Virus genome (UHGV): UHGV-0100625
Reading direction: 5' to 3' (one strand)
DNA length: 32,690 bases
Source: a virus
The position numbers and the translations under genes were made by a program. Below, one piece after another: positions 1 to 8,749 of this stretch. The notes under the pieces are model-generated. The model saw only the letters and a program-made list of their open reading frames with translations, was not told where the DNA came from and ran no database searches. Every line of letters starts with the position of its first letter. Position 1 is the first letter of the stretch.

Positions 1-113
1 TGGCGGAGCGGGAGGGATTCTTTTTCATGATTATAATATACTTATACGAATAATGTTAAGTATTTTGTACAGTTTCTTTCCTACATTACAAGATTAAGAT
101 CATGTTGGTGACG

Positions 114-869
114 TCAACAAGATGATCCGTCTTCGTTTTGCGGGAAACGGCAGCGGAACAAGGCGTCCATTGCGCGGGCCCGCTCGGATTTCGGTATGTT
201 TGTTGGGCGCGGGTTGCCGAAGGTAACCATCCAGAAATCCGCGTATTTCTGCGGAGTCACGGCGATGCTGAACCAGTTCCAGGCCGTCCACTTCCCTTCC
301 CGGTAAAAGGGCGTCCAGGGTTCATCAAGGCGGATTTGTTCCGTGGGGAAGTGATTCTGAACCGCCCGGCAGATGGTAAGGTCTTCCGGAGCGAGCGGAG
401 GAAGGTCAGTCTGTTCCAGTTCCTCCGCCGCCAGTCTGGCCGCCCGGCCGCTGATGGCGTAACACGGCCCATAGGCGGAACGTTCGGAAGGATGGCTGGG
501 GACCTGGTATCCGGAGGCGTGAAGAGCCAGCCCATGGCGCTGCATGTCTCGGATCCAGTCGCCCGACAACAGGAGCGTGTCGGAGTCGATTTTGACGATG
601 ACGTCATCGTCCTCCGCTTCCCCGGCCAGCGTGGAAATGATGCCCCGGACGCATTCCGGCCCGCGCAAGTTGCCGTTCCTCGGGAAGCTGGTTTGACAAT
701 ACCGCGCCCCGGCTTCAACAAGGGCGGTTCTGGCGCGTTCAGCAATGGGGGCGGATTCATCGTCCGCCACCGTGATGACGGCTTCCGGGATGGCCGCCGT
801 AGCGCACCGGACGCAGACGAGAGCTTCATCGGCGTCGCCGGCATAGGTGAATAGGTAAATTCTGATCAT
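114..869 (-). CDS. family-2 (GT-A fold) glycosyltransferase
   Basis: 251-aa ORF. N-terminus IRIYLFTY...VITVADDES...DDVIVKIDSDTLL matches the GT2 Rossmann-like core with a DxD-type (DSD) motif. No TM segments. ATG at 869 checked. Last gene of the minus-strand late operon. Confidence 0.55.
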   Translation of the reverse strand: MIRIYLFTYAGDADEALVCVRCATAAIPEAVITVADDESAPIAERARTALVEAGARYCQTSFPRNGNLRGPECVRGIISTLAGEAEDDDVIVKIDSDTLLLSGDWIRDMQRHGLALHASGYQVPSHPSERSAYGPCYAISGRAARLAAEELEQTDLPPLAPEDLTICRAVQNHFPTEQIRLDEPWTPFYREGKWTAWNWFSIAVTPQKYADFWMVTFGNPRPTNIPKSERARAMDALFRCRFPQNEDGSSC

Positions 870-881
870 GATGTTGTCTGA

Positions 882-3026
882 TTAGGCTGGCCCGTAGGGG
901 TAGAAGGTTCCTCCGAAGACCGGGATCTGTATCATTCCCATGGCGTATTGCGTCACCTGGTCATCTTCGATGTCGGCAATCAGGAAGGAATAGTCGAAGT
1001 TAACGCCCGGTTTTTCTTCGGCAAGCCTGATTGGGTACACCGTCCCCGGAATGCCGGAGACGTCAACGCCCGTCAATTTGGCGTCCTGGTCAAAGTGAAC
1101 GTTGAGCCATACTTCCCCGCTGGTTTGGGTGAGCTGCACCCACGAGGACCCGGAACTGCCCCCCTGCGGGTATTTGCCGAGCAGATTCCCGTTCAGATAG
1201 AGCGCGCCGGGCTTGATTTGCGCCCCGGTGACGGCTCCCGCCGTATCTTTCTGCACCCGCACCTGGAAGCCGTATTCCGGCGCGGGCGTGGCTTCCCCCG
1301 TCGCCGTCGTGATGTGCTGGCTGATGGTAGGGGATTCCGGCTTGGGGTCAAAGACGTATTCCGTCGATTCCGGCGCGCCCTGCATGTTTTCCAGCGTGGA
1401 TGAAATGTTAGAAACAGAATTAACTTCATTTAGCGAAATCAAATCTTCCACCCCGAGTTGATTTGGTGAACCGTAGGACAACGTGACGACGTTGGTCTGC
1501 AGGTCGCGGTTCACCGTCTGGATCATGGTGTTGATGTTCTGCCATGCCGGGTTCCCTCCGAGAAGGGAGACGCGGCGGCCCATGTATTGCCGCGTTTGAG
1601 CATCCCCCAGTGCGACAAAGGATATAGAGCCGTCCCAGGGCAATTCCTGCATGGATTCCCACACCGTTTTGGCAATGTCCCCATAGGGCACACCTTCCGA
1701 CGGTTCCGGCGATTCCCCTTCTTCCGGCCCGTTGGAGGGCTGCTCCCCGTTGTAGATGCCGTCGATGGGGTAGCTCGCAAAGGGGCGGTCCATGGTGACC
1801 AGATCCACCGAGAATTCTTCCCAAAAGCAGGGCACACCCTGCAAGGTCCCCACATTCTTGAATTTCTCCCGCCACTTGGCAGGGGCGCTTTCCGGGATGG
1901 CGAGACGCTGCTTGATGGTGGCATTGCACCACTGCGGCCGGATGGATTTGGTATGAATTTGCCCATCCGTCAGTTCATAGCCCGTGGCCGTGGTATTATA
2001 GCCCTTCGGTTTGTCTTCCTCCGTTCCGTCCCAGGGCTTCCCGGTGATTTCCGGAGTTGGGTCATAGGCCGCAATGGCTCCAACGTCTTTCATCCATGGG
2101 AAATGATTTTTCCAGAAACTGTTGATCATGTCGTTCTGGTCAATCCGGGCCCCCGTCACTTTCATGCGCTGGTAGGACAGACTGCCGGCCCTGGTTCCCT
2201 GTACCGGTTGAGGATCTTCTACCGGTTCTCCTGTAGAATTAAACTTAGAATAATAGAAGTCTACAGACGTTCGGTAAACGATGGAATGCGGTAAGGTCGG
2301 GTCTCCGTCTTCCGGGTATTTGGACAGGTAAGAGACGCGATAGCCGTTGCTTCCGGTTGTTTCCGCGACAATCGCCACGCAGGGAGGCACGAGGTCGGCG
2401 CGTGGGACAAGGGAAACGTCCATGGCTTTAACATCGTTGGAGGGCTGCAATGGCAGGGAGATAGGCGTCAGGACGTCATAGTCCGTGATGATCAGCTTGG
2501 GCCGCGCGCCGCTGTAGTCGTAGTACGTGGCCATGCGGGGCGACCAGCGGCGGATGGATTGAAGAAGGTTGCCCAGCGTATCGCATGAGGCATTCCACGG
2601 GATCAGCATTTTGTCATCGCTGATCTGCAGCTCGTAGTCTGCGGGGTGGTGTTTGGCCAGGTTCAGCACCCGGGAGAGCGCGGAGGAAATGCTTATTTTA
2701 GGGATGATTTCATTCCCGCCGCCGGTGCTTTGCCACATCGAAAAGACCGGCTTCCATTCGGAATCCAGGGCAAAGCAGTTGTCCAGGTAATACCAGGGAT
2801 CGGAAAAGACGATTTTCCAGGCACGGGATGCGCCGCTGTAGGTCTTTTCGATGCTGGAAACGAGGCCGGCAAGAATGGTGTTCCCGTTTTGGGAGATGGT
2901 GACGGTATCGAATTGCTGGAAGGGCAAGACTTCCCCCAGCGTTCGGACGGGATAAACTGCGGTAATGGTGGAGGCGGCAAAACTTTGCTGGTCGTGGGTC
3001 AGGCTGGACGGCTTGAGAGCCAGCAA
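882..3026 (-). CDS. phage distal tail / putative receptor-binding (host-specificity-like) protein
   Basis: 714-aa beta-rich ORF with no enzymatic motifs. It is the last large structural ORF after the tape-measure-like gene. Assignment is by size and position only. Confidence 0.4.
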   Translation of the reverse strand: MLALKPSSLTHDQQSFAASTITAVYPVRTLGEVLPFQQFDTVTISQNGNTILAGLVSSIEKTYSGASRAWKIVFSDPWYYLDNCFALDSEWKPVFSMWQSTGGGNEIIPKISISSALSRVLNLAKHHPADYELQISDDKMLIPWNASCDTLGNLLQSIRRWSPRMATYYDYSGARPKLIITDYDVLTPISLPLQPSNDVKAMDVSLVPRADLVPPCVAIVAETTGSNGYRVSYLSKYPEDGDPTLPHSIVYRTSVDFYYSKFNSTGEPVEDPQPVQGTRAGSLSYQRMKVTGARIDQNDMINSFWKNHFPWMKDVGAIAAYDPTPEITGKPWDGTEEDKPKGYNTTATGYELTDGQIHTKSIRPQWCNATIKQRLAIPESAPAKWREKFKNVGTLQGVPCFWEEFSVDLVTMDRPFASYPIDGIYNGEQPSNGPEEGESPEPSEGVPYGDIAKTVWESMQELPWDGSISFVALGDAQTRQYMGRRVSLLGGNPAWQNINTMIQTVNRDLQTNVVTLSYGSPNQLGVEDLISLNEVNSVSNISSTLENMQGAPESTEYVFDPKPESPTISQHITTATGEATPAPEYGFQVRVQKDTAGAVTGAQIKPGALYLNGNLLGKYPQGGSSGSSWVQLTQTSGEVWLNVHFDQDAKLTGVDVSGIPGTVYPIRLAEEKPGVNFDYSFLIADIEDDQVTQYAMGMIQIPVFGGTFYPYGPA

Positions 3027-3132
3027 ATCATTGATGGTGATGTCGTGGTTCCTGCTGCTTGTAAAATGGTTGTGTTACGGAAGTAATGTTACCCTATCTT
3101 GTCGGGTTCGGAAACGTGTTTACGTGTCCTAG

Positions 3133-3540
3133 CTATTTATTTTTATTTAATAGAACATAGAAGGTATACCACATGATTCCACCAATTATTCCCCCGATAA
3201 TATAGCCTATTCCTACCATAGATAAACCTGATATCAAGCTTACTATTCCCATAATTACTCCACCACCAACTGACAATGTTGCTAAGAATATGAGGATTGT
3301 AGCAAGAACAGAATGACTTTCTTTATAAGCTGAAGCCTTTTTAGGGGAATGTATGATGCGACTATTTTCCCTCAATAATTGCAACGAAAATAGCAATTCC
3401 TCAGCCTTGAACCATTTCTTTGTCCCTTCTGCACAAATTAACGTGTCGGGAGAAATTATGTTTTTCTCAACTAATCTTCTTAACTCCGTGAGAGCAATCG
3501 GACCCTTCACAACATTTCCGAAAAAATAGTGATACCGCAT
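3133..3540 (-). CDS. DUF4339 (GYF-like) domain protein with two C-terminal TM helices (moron)
   Basis: N-terminus YHYFFGNVVKGPIALTELRRLVEKNIISPDTLICAEGTKKWFKAEEL fits the DUF4339 pattern. C-terminus is Gly-rich and hydrophobic (IIGGIIGGIMWYTFYVLL). GC here is about 35% against about 60% in flanks. Confidence 0.5.
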   Translation of the reverse strand: MRYHYFFGNVVKGPIALTELRRLVEKNIISPDTLICAEGTKKWFKAEELLFSLQLLRENSRIIHSPKKASAYKESHSVLATILIFLATLSVGGGVIMGIVSLISGLSMVGIGYIIGGIIGGIMWYTFYVLLNKNK

Positions 3541-3573
3541 AAACTTGGGAATTTACACTATTCTCATTTTTTT

Positions 3574-5421
3574 TCAATGCTTTCTTCTTCTTAATCCTTC
3601 TATATTGTTTTTAGCTTGTTCCAAATCTTTTTTCATTTGCTCCAAAACGTTTTTCAGATTTTTTAGCTCTCCTGATTGAATATTAATTAGCAATAGAGCT
3701 TCTTTCAGGTTTCCGGAAAGTCCGTTCAAAATAGCCTGATTAGTAATACCCTGTTGCCTTAAGGCATCTCTAAAAGCTACTCCAATTTGTTCATATTCTC
3801 GGGAATCTATTACTCCATCGGAAGCGGCTTTTTTCACCTGTCCACGTATAGCTTCAGATGCAGCTCTAACAAGTGCCTTTTGTTGGTCGGTGGCAGATTT
3901 TCCAGCAGCCACTATAAACTTATCTAAAGCCTCTGAAAAATACTCATTATTCTTTTTAAGCTCATCGGTTTTCGTCTCTATATCTTTCTTTCGCCCCTTA
4001 ATTTCATTCTCGGCATCTTCTCTTTGTCTTTCTTCTCTAATGTTTTTTCTCTCTTGCGCTTGAGCTGTTCTTCCTCGTTGTTCATCAACTGCTGCTTCCG
4101 ATTCATTTTTCTTTTTTATATTAGAAAAGTTTCTCGTTGCCTTTTCTTCTTCATTTATAGCTTCTATTAAAGATTTTTCTGCCTCTTCATATTCTTTTTC
4201 AAGAGTTTCTATAGTTTTTGCATAAGATTTATAGGCATTACTATATCCACCTTCTCCAGAAGTTCCATTACCTAAAGAAAATCCTCTATCCTCAAGGGCA
4301 ATATCACTCTTCTCTATAACTTCCTCTGTATTAAATATTCTATCTCTTCTGGCTTCTGCGTTTCTATAACCATATTTATCAAGTAAGGAAGAGATTCTTT
4401 TGTCGGATATATCTGTGCCTTCAACAAATTGAGATACAGAATCATAAAGATTTTTATCGCTAACTTGTTTGTACCTAATAGCTCCTAAATTTACTTCTTT
4501 ATCTCTTAAAGATATTAAATAGTCATATAAATCATTTCTCAAAGAATTGGTCTGTTCTTCTACAGAAACTTCTGCAGCTCGTCTTTCTTCAAGGGACATT
4601 ATATCATCATTAATAGAGGCATTTTGCAAGGCGGCCTTAGCTTCTCTTTGTCTCCGTGCTGCATCTATTCTTTTGTTTACTGCATCAGAAACATCCAAAC
4701 TTGCTGATTCTTCTATTTCACCTCTTCGTCTTGCACGACTATCTAATTCAATTCCTTCTATCAAACGAGCTTTTCTTCGTTCTGCGTCTGCTCCTTCTCC
4801 TAATAGTCCATTTGCAAAATCTTCTTCTACCTTTAACCGGGCAATCTCTGCTTCATCGTCTTTGATTCCTGATTCTAAAGCAATCAATTCTTTACGATAA
4901 TCCAAAGAATATTTTAAAGCTTCTGCTTCTAGATGTCGATAATCTGCTATTTTCTTTGCACTATCTAAAGCCTCTCTTAAGAATTGTTCGTTTTGATTTT
5001 GCCGTGATGTTTCTTCAACCTCTGCTTTTAATTTTTTAAAGGCCTTTGCTTCCTCTTCAATGGCCTTAGCGAGTTCTTTGGATTTTGCTTCCGTGTTTCC
5101 CATCCACTCGTAAAGCTTCGCTCCGGCAAGGGTGGCAATGGAGATGGCCCCGGCCAGCCCTGCCCCGCCTCCGAAGCCCATCACAAGCCCAGGAATATTG
5201 TTCATGATACCCCTGATGCCGTATTGCAAGTCGTCAAAAAAGTAGGCAGCCTGCAAGGCTCCCTGCCCCATATTCTTCACGCTCCGGGTTGCCTGCTGGC
5301 TGTCTTTATCCAGCTGCTCCGTAGACTTGTTCAGGGAGTCAATTTTCTGTTTCGCTTCTTCCACGCCTTTTCCGTCCAGCGTGGACTTGAGCTTGATTTC
5401 GATTTCTTTCTTGGTGGCCAT
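3574..5421 (-). CDS. tail tape-measure-like protein (long coiled-coil; compositionally chimeric)
   Basis: 615 aa. N-terminal 110 aa contain a Gly-rich hydrophobic segment (GLVMGFGGGAGLAGAISIATLAGA). The rest is K/E/R-rich coiled coil. It sits after a chaperone-like gene and before the distal tail protein. The 5' 320 nt are GC-rich; the remaining ~1.5 kb is AT-rich. Confidence 0.45.
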   Translation of the reverse strand: MATKKEIEIKLKSTLDGKGVEEAKQKIDSLNKSTEQLDKDSQQATRSVKNMGQGALQAAYFFDDLQYGIRGIMNNIPGLVMGFGGGAGLAGAISIATLAGAKLYEWMGNTEAKSKELAKAIEEEAKAFKKLKAEVEETSRQNQNEQFLREALDSAKKIADYRHLEAEALKYSLDYRKELIALESGIKDDEAEIARLKVEEDFANGLLGEGADAERRKARLIEGIELDSRARRRGEIEESASLDVSDAVNKRIDAARRQREAKAALQNASINDDIMSLEERRAAEVSVEEQTNSLRNDLYDYLISLRDKEVNLGAIRYKQVSDKNLYDSVSQFVEGTDISDKRISSLLDKYGYRNAEARRDRIFNTEEVIEKSDIALEDRGFSLGNGTSGEGGYSNAYKSYAKTIETLEKEYEEAEKSLIEAINEEEKATRNFSNIKKKNESEAAVDEQRGRTAQAQERKNIREERQREDAENEIKGRKKDIETKTDELKKNNEYFSEALDKFIVAAGKSATDQQKALVRAASEAIRGQVKKAASDGVIDSREYEQIGVAFRDALRQQGITNQAILNGLSGNLKEALLLINIQSGELKNLKNVLEQMKKDLEQAKNNIEGLRRRKH

Positions 5422-5442
5422 GGTGGTCTGGATGGTAGGGTG

Positions 5443-5724
5443 TTATCGTTGAGCGCTGACTTCTTCGATGACGAAAGCGGGCAAATTCCCGGACGTGAGC
5501 GCCGTCCGGGATTCTTCCACTCGTTGCTTCAGGAATTCCAGCATCATCATATCGCGGATGATGACGCCGAAGGCATGGGAAGGATTGACGCCGGCGGATT
5601 CCGCAGCCTCAAAGACGCCTTCACGCATCTCCTGCGCTGCCTGTTTCAGATTCGGGGTCTTGTTGCATTCTTCGGCGAATTCAATGAAAAGCCGTTCAAT
5701 TCCGTGTTCTTGTTGTTCGTTCAT
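5443..5724 (-). CDS. tail assembly chaperone-like protein
   Basis: Acidic 94-aa product (MNEQQEHGIERLF...) directly upstream of the tape-measure-like gene. The maximal ORF 5443..5850 overlaps the upstream gene, so the ATG at 5724 was chosen. Assignment is positional. Confidence 0.3.
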   Translation of the reverse strand: MNEQQEHGIERLFIEFAEECNKTPNLKQAAQEMREGVFEAAESAGVNPSHAFGVIIRDMMMLEFLKQRVEESRTALTSGNLPAFVIEEVSAQR

Positions 5725-5743
5725 GATGATGGTTGATATGTTG

Positions 5744-7258
5744 TTAAGAAGGGTAATCAATGGAAGTATAGCGGATGGTGAGGGATAAGCTGAACGTGCG
5801 TCCGGGGGCGGTAGCGGCGGCCGGATAAGCATCATTGCCAAGGCCGTCAAATGACTGAGGGTTGTTCAGCATGGCGTTCTTCTCATAAATGCCGTTCTGA
5901 TTTTCTACAACCAGCTGCCAGTCCGAACGAATTTCCACGCCTGGAGAAAACGTCCATTTCACATTTCCGCCCTCTCCGGTGGAAACAGCCTCATTGCTGG
6001 TCGCCAGAAGAGAAGCCGTTCCATTTTCCACCCGGTAAAGCGACAACGTGCCTGAATTGGCGCTCGTAGGATTCGTCGTCACGATTTCCTGCAGCGTGAT
6101 TCCCTTTCCTTCCGGGTTGCCTTCCGGGAAATCGGGATAAACGTCCGAGGGGATGAACCGCCAAGACCTGTATCCCATCGGGACATCCGTATACTCTCCC
6201 TGGGGAGGTGGGAGCGTATAATTGCGCGTGACCAGTCCCGCGCGCAGCACTCTAAGGTACGCTTTTTCCCCGGAGTCCTGTTGTGTCGCGGTGATTCTTA
6301 CTGTTCCCGACGCTCCCTCGTTGGCGGAGACTGCCACCTTGAATGATCCGTTGTTGCCGTTGACCACATCGGAGATGACGACAGAGGAACTTGGAGAACT
6401 GGCCGTCCAGTCAACGCTGACCTCTCCCGGACTGTAAAAAGAAGACACATTCACGGAATAATCGCCTCCCGTAATGGGAACCTGCAATTCGGTTGGAGAA
6501 AGGCTGAATGAGAAAGTAGGAAGCGGCTGACGAAATTCAACCTCAACAGCCTGCCCGGTTCCGTCCTGAATGACCTGGAGCGACATGGTCCTGTCCTCGT
6601 CTCCTTCATTGGCGGAGACTGCCACCTTGAATGATCCGTTGTTCCCGTTGACCACATCGGAGACGGTCAACCCTTCGGAGACGTCGGCTATCTGCCACCC
6701 CTGCCCGACCGGACCCGGGGTAAACGAAGATTCCACGTTCACGGTATATTCACCACCCTGGACGGGCACGTCAAAAGAAGCGGGCGTCACGGAAAAAACC
6801 CAGTTGGAATTGTCTGGTGTCCTGTCGGTGACGGTCATGGTCAGCGTGACCAGCAGGCACAGATAGCCGTCCTCGGGAGACGGAGGCGGGACGAAGTTTT
6901 CGGTTTCAAACTGGTAGCCGGTGATCACGGCGGCAAACCGCCATTGCGGCTGTTCGGCGAATTGCAGGTACAGATAGCCGTTCTGGTTGCTGGCCAGCCA
7001 CAGAGCCATGTTCTCCTGATAGGTGGCCATGTCCTGATAATCGACGAACCAGCGATAAAACGCGACGGTGCGCTGCTCCACGGCGCTCCCAAGCCCCTGC
7101 GCGAACGCCCTGGGACCGTCTACCAGCGACGTTTCAAACGCTTCCATGGAACCGCCGAAACGGGGCGGCTCCGGCGTATCGTCCCAGAGGTTGAGAAGCT
7201 GGATCTGGTTGCCGGCGGCGGAAACGTAGCGGGCTGCGTAGGGGGCCTGGTAGGTCAT
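5744..7258 (-). CDS. virion structural protein with two tandem BACON/Ig-like domains (candidate major tail protein)
   Basis: 504 aa. The motif GGEYTVNVESSF..W....VSDVVNGNNGSFKVAVSANEG occurs twice, about 96 aa apart, matching the BACON-type pattern (S..GG..V.V.S..W...G.NG...V.V.AN..R). The gene sits immediately upstream of the chaperone and tape-measure-like pair. Confidence 0.45.
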   Translation of the reverse strand: MTYQAPYAARYVSAAGNQIQLLNLWDDTPEPPRFGGSMEAFETSLVDGPRAFAQGLGSAVEQRTVAFYRWFVDYQDMATYQENMALWLASNQNGYLYLQFAEQPQWRFAAVITGYQFETENFVPPPSPEDGYLCLLVTLTMTVTDRTPDNSNWVFSVTPASFDVPVQGGEYTVNVESSFTPGPVGQGWQIADVSEGLTVSDVVNGNNGSFKVAVSANEGDEDRTMSLQVIQDGTGQAVEVEFRQPLPTFSFSLSPTELQVPITGGDYSVNVSSFYSPGEVSVDWTASSPSSSVVISDVVNGNNGSFKVAVSANEGASGTVRITATQQDSGEKAYLRVLRAGLVTRNYTLPPPQGEYTDVPMGYRSWRFIPSDVYPDFPEGNPEGKGITLQEIVTTNPTSANSGTLSLYRVENGTASLLATSNEAVSTGEGGNVKWTFSPGVEIRSDWQLVVENQNGIYEKNAMLNNPQSFDGLGNDAYPAAATAPGRTFSLSLTIRYTSIDYPS

Positions 7259-7264
7259 GGGCGG

Positions 7265-7795
7265 TTACTGGTTGAGGTAGTCCTTCACCCCTTCGGCAAT
7301 GGCTTCGGCAATGCGTCCGGGATGGTCCTTCATCATGGCGGCGTTTTCAGGATTGGTGATAAACCCGCATTCGCACAGCACCCACGGGCAGCGGGTCCTT
7401 TTCAGGACGGCGAGGCCCGGACGCGACTGAACGGTATTGGCCCGGCCGGGAAGCAGGCGGGAAAGAGGTTCCGCGATGCAGATGGCCAGCCTGCTGCCCT
7501 TGACGCTGCCCGGGTAAAAACACACATGGGCCCCATGGGCCTGGGGATTGTCGGAAGCGTCGCAATGCAGAGAGATGCCGAAGTCATAGCCACCTTCATT
7601 GGCGGCCTTGATAGTGGCGTTCAAATCCTGGGCATTGCTCATGCCCGGAAAGTCAATCACGTCCACCTTGGCGCCCAGTTTCTGAAGCATGGGGGCAAGG
7701 CGTTCGGCGATCGTCACGGCGACGGCGTGTTCTTCAAGACCGTTTCCGCGGGATCCGGTGTTGTTGGCATGGCCAATATCAATGGCTATTTTCAT
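7265..7795 (-). CDS. N-acetylmuramoyl-L-alanine amidase (Amidase_3 family) endolysin
   Basis: MKIAIDIGHANNTG... opening and downstream conserved His/Glu are typical of Amidase_3. An AAGGAG SD lies 6 nt upstream of the ATG at 7795. No signal peptide. Confidence 0.75.
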   Translation of the reverse strand: MKIAIDIGHANNTGSRGNGLEEHAVAVTIAERLAPMLQKLGAKVDVIDFPGMSNAQDLNATIKAANEGGYDFGISLHCDASDNPQAHGAHVCFYPGSVKGSRLAICIAEPLSRLLPGRANTVQSRPGLAVLKRTRCPWVLCECGFITNPENAAMMKDHPGRIAEAIAEGVKDYLNQ

Positions 7796-7860
7796 GAGTA
7801 TTCTCCTTTAATGGTTGGTTGTTAATATGATTGAACTTGTAAGAAAAACTTTACAGTTGG

Positions 7861-8013
7861 TCAGTGTTCATACATCCGAAGGAACACAAGGGTCGCAATG
7901 GGGAAGCAGAACGCGGCAATGCCCGCCGTCGTGTCGCCGCACGCGGCAAAAACGCCGGCCATCACGCACCCCATCAGCGGCAGAAGAACGGAAGGGGACA
8001 GTAGCTTATTCAT
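7861..8013 (-). CDS. small hydrophobic peptide (lipobox-like LMGC; holin/antiholin or spanin-like candidate)
   Basis: 50-aa ORF not in the track: MNKLLSPSVLLPLMGCVMAGVFAACGDTTAGIAAFCFPIATLVFLRMYEH. Its ATG (8013-8011) forms an ATGA overlap with the stop (8012-8010) of the upstream gene. It lies between the TM proteins and the amidase. Confidence 0.3.
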   Translation of the reverse strand: MNKLLSPSVLLPLMGCVMAGVFAACGDTTAGIAAFCFPIATLVFLRMYEH

Positions 8014-8261
8014 TTTTCCAGTTTTCTTTCTATGTTTTCAATTCTGACGGCAAGAAGTTGGATCGCCTTGGCCGTCTCGACCTGGGCCTTTGTCTGCATG
8101 GTCATCAGGTCACAAAGCCGGTCATTATGGTGTCCCATGACATCTCCGATGTACCAGCAGGACGCGCCGCAAATGACCAGCGACAGCATGACGCAGGCAA
8201 ACACGGGTGACGCCTTGGCAAAATCCATGAAACGCGCCGGCACTTCGGAGAGTTTGCACAT
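8010..8261 (-). CDS. holin-like / i-spanin-like membrane protein (N-terminal TM plus C-terminal coiled coil)
   Basis: 83 aa. TM segment ASPVFACVMLSLVICGASCWYI, then an amphipathic KAQVETAKAIQLLAVRIENIERKLEK. Adjacent to the endolysin. Confidence 0.35.
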   Translation of the reverse strand: MCKLSEVPARFMDFAKASPVFACVMLSLVICGASCWYIGDVMGHHNDRLCDLMTMQTKAQVETAKAIQLLAVRIENIERKLEK

Positions 8262-8265
8262 GGTG

Positions 8266-8736
8266 TTACTTCTTGGAGGGAATTACCTGCACAACGGGCG
8301 GAACGTCCGTTTCCGGCTGTGCTTGGGAATAGGAGATATGCCCCTGCTCAATGACGAGGCAGGAGCCGTCCTTGCATACCTCCGTGCGGCCCGGCGTCAC
8401 GTCTACGGAATGACCGCAGCCGGAGAGGGACATTCCCAAGGTGCCAATGATAGCCCCGACAATAACCGCTCCGGCTGCATATAAAGCCTTTTTCCACAAG
8501 CTAGATGCGCCGGATGCCTTAATACCGAGGTAGTCTTTCACATCCCCCAGCGCATGCTTACCAATGATGGAGAGAGCAGTATTTGATACAGCAATCCATC
8601 CTTTCTGTTCGTTTTCGTTCAGATCCGTCCAGTGAGGGATTGGCGTGTTGGATTCATTGTGTGCCTGGGCTGCATAGTACATGTGCATTTCACGGGCTAT
8701 AGCCTCGGTGTGATTACATTGATTTTTGTTAGTCAT
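8266..8736 (-). CDS. membrane protein of the lysis-region cluster
   Basis: 156 aa. Internal segment KKALYAAGAVIVGAIIGTLGMSLSGC resembles a lipoprotein signal with an LSGC lipobox, preceded by a soluble N-terminal domain. ATG at 8736 checked. Confidence 0.35.
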   Translation of the reverse strand: MTNKNQCNHTEAIAREMHMYYAAQAHNESNTPIPHWTDLNENEQKGWIAVSNTALSIIGKHALGDVKDYLGIKASGASSLWKKALYAAGAVIVGAIIGTLGMSLSGCGHSVDVTPGRTEVCKDGSCLVIEQGHISYSQAQPETDVPPVVQVIPSKK

Positions 8737-8749
8737 AGAATTATGTTTG

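Noticed and set aside
104-119. Near-palindrome TTGGTGACGTCAACAA (core TGACGTCA) at the 3' end of the glycosyltransferase gene
   Set aside because: It is a single copy overlapping a stop codon with one arm mismatch. It could be a factor site or weak terminator stem, but there is no supporting context.
100-291. 63-aa minus-strand ORF overlapping the glycosyltransferase 3' end
   Set aside because: It lies in a different frame, fully inside or overlapping the well-supported GT2 gene. Its product is low-complexity and arginine-rich.
138-854. Plus-strand ORFs of 60-330 aa mirroring minus-strand genes: 138..854, 948..1403, 1587..2294, 2646..3086, 6944..7825, 10414..11229, 12099..12899, 13606..14229, 16641..17288, 16739..17332, 19245..19979, 19986..20975, 21642..22349, 25375..26391, 26488..27321.
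   Set aside because: Their translations are low-complexity and R/G/P/A-rich, typical of antisense frames in ~60% GC DNA. Each is fully contained in a convincing minus-strand gene, and none has a recognisable motif or RBS.
6321-6663. Diversity-generating retroelement (template/variable repeat pair) in the BACON-repeat structural gene
   Set aside because: No reverse transcriptase gene is in the window. The single mismatch between copies is G/C rather than adenine-specific. The repeats align with a protein domain duplication.
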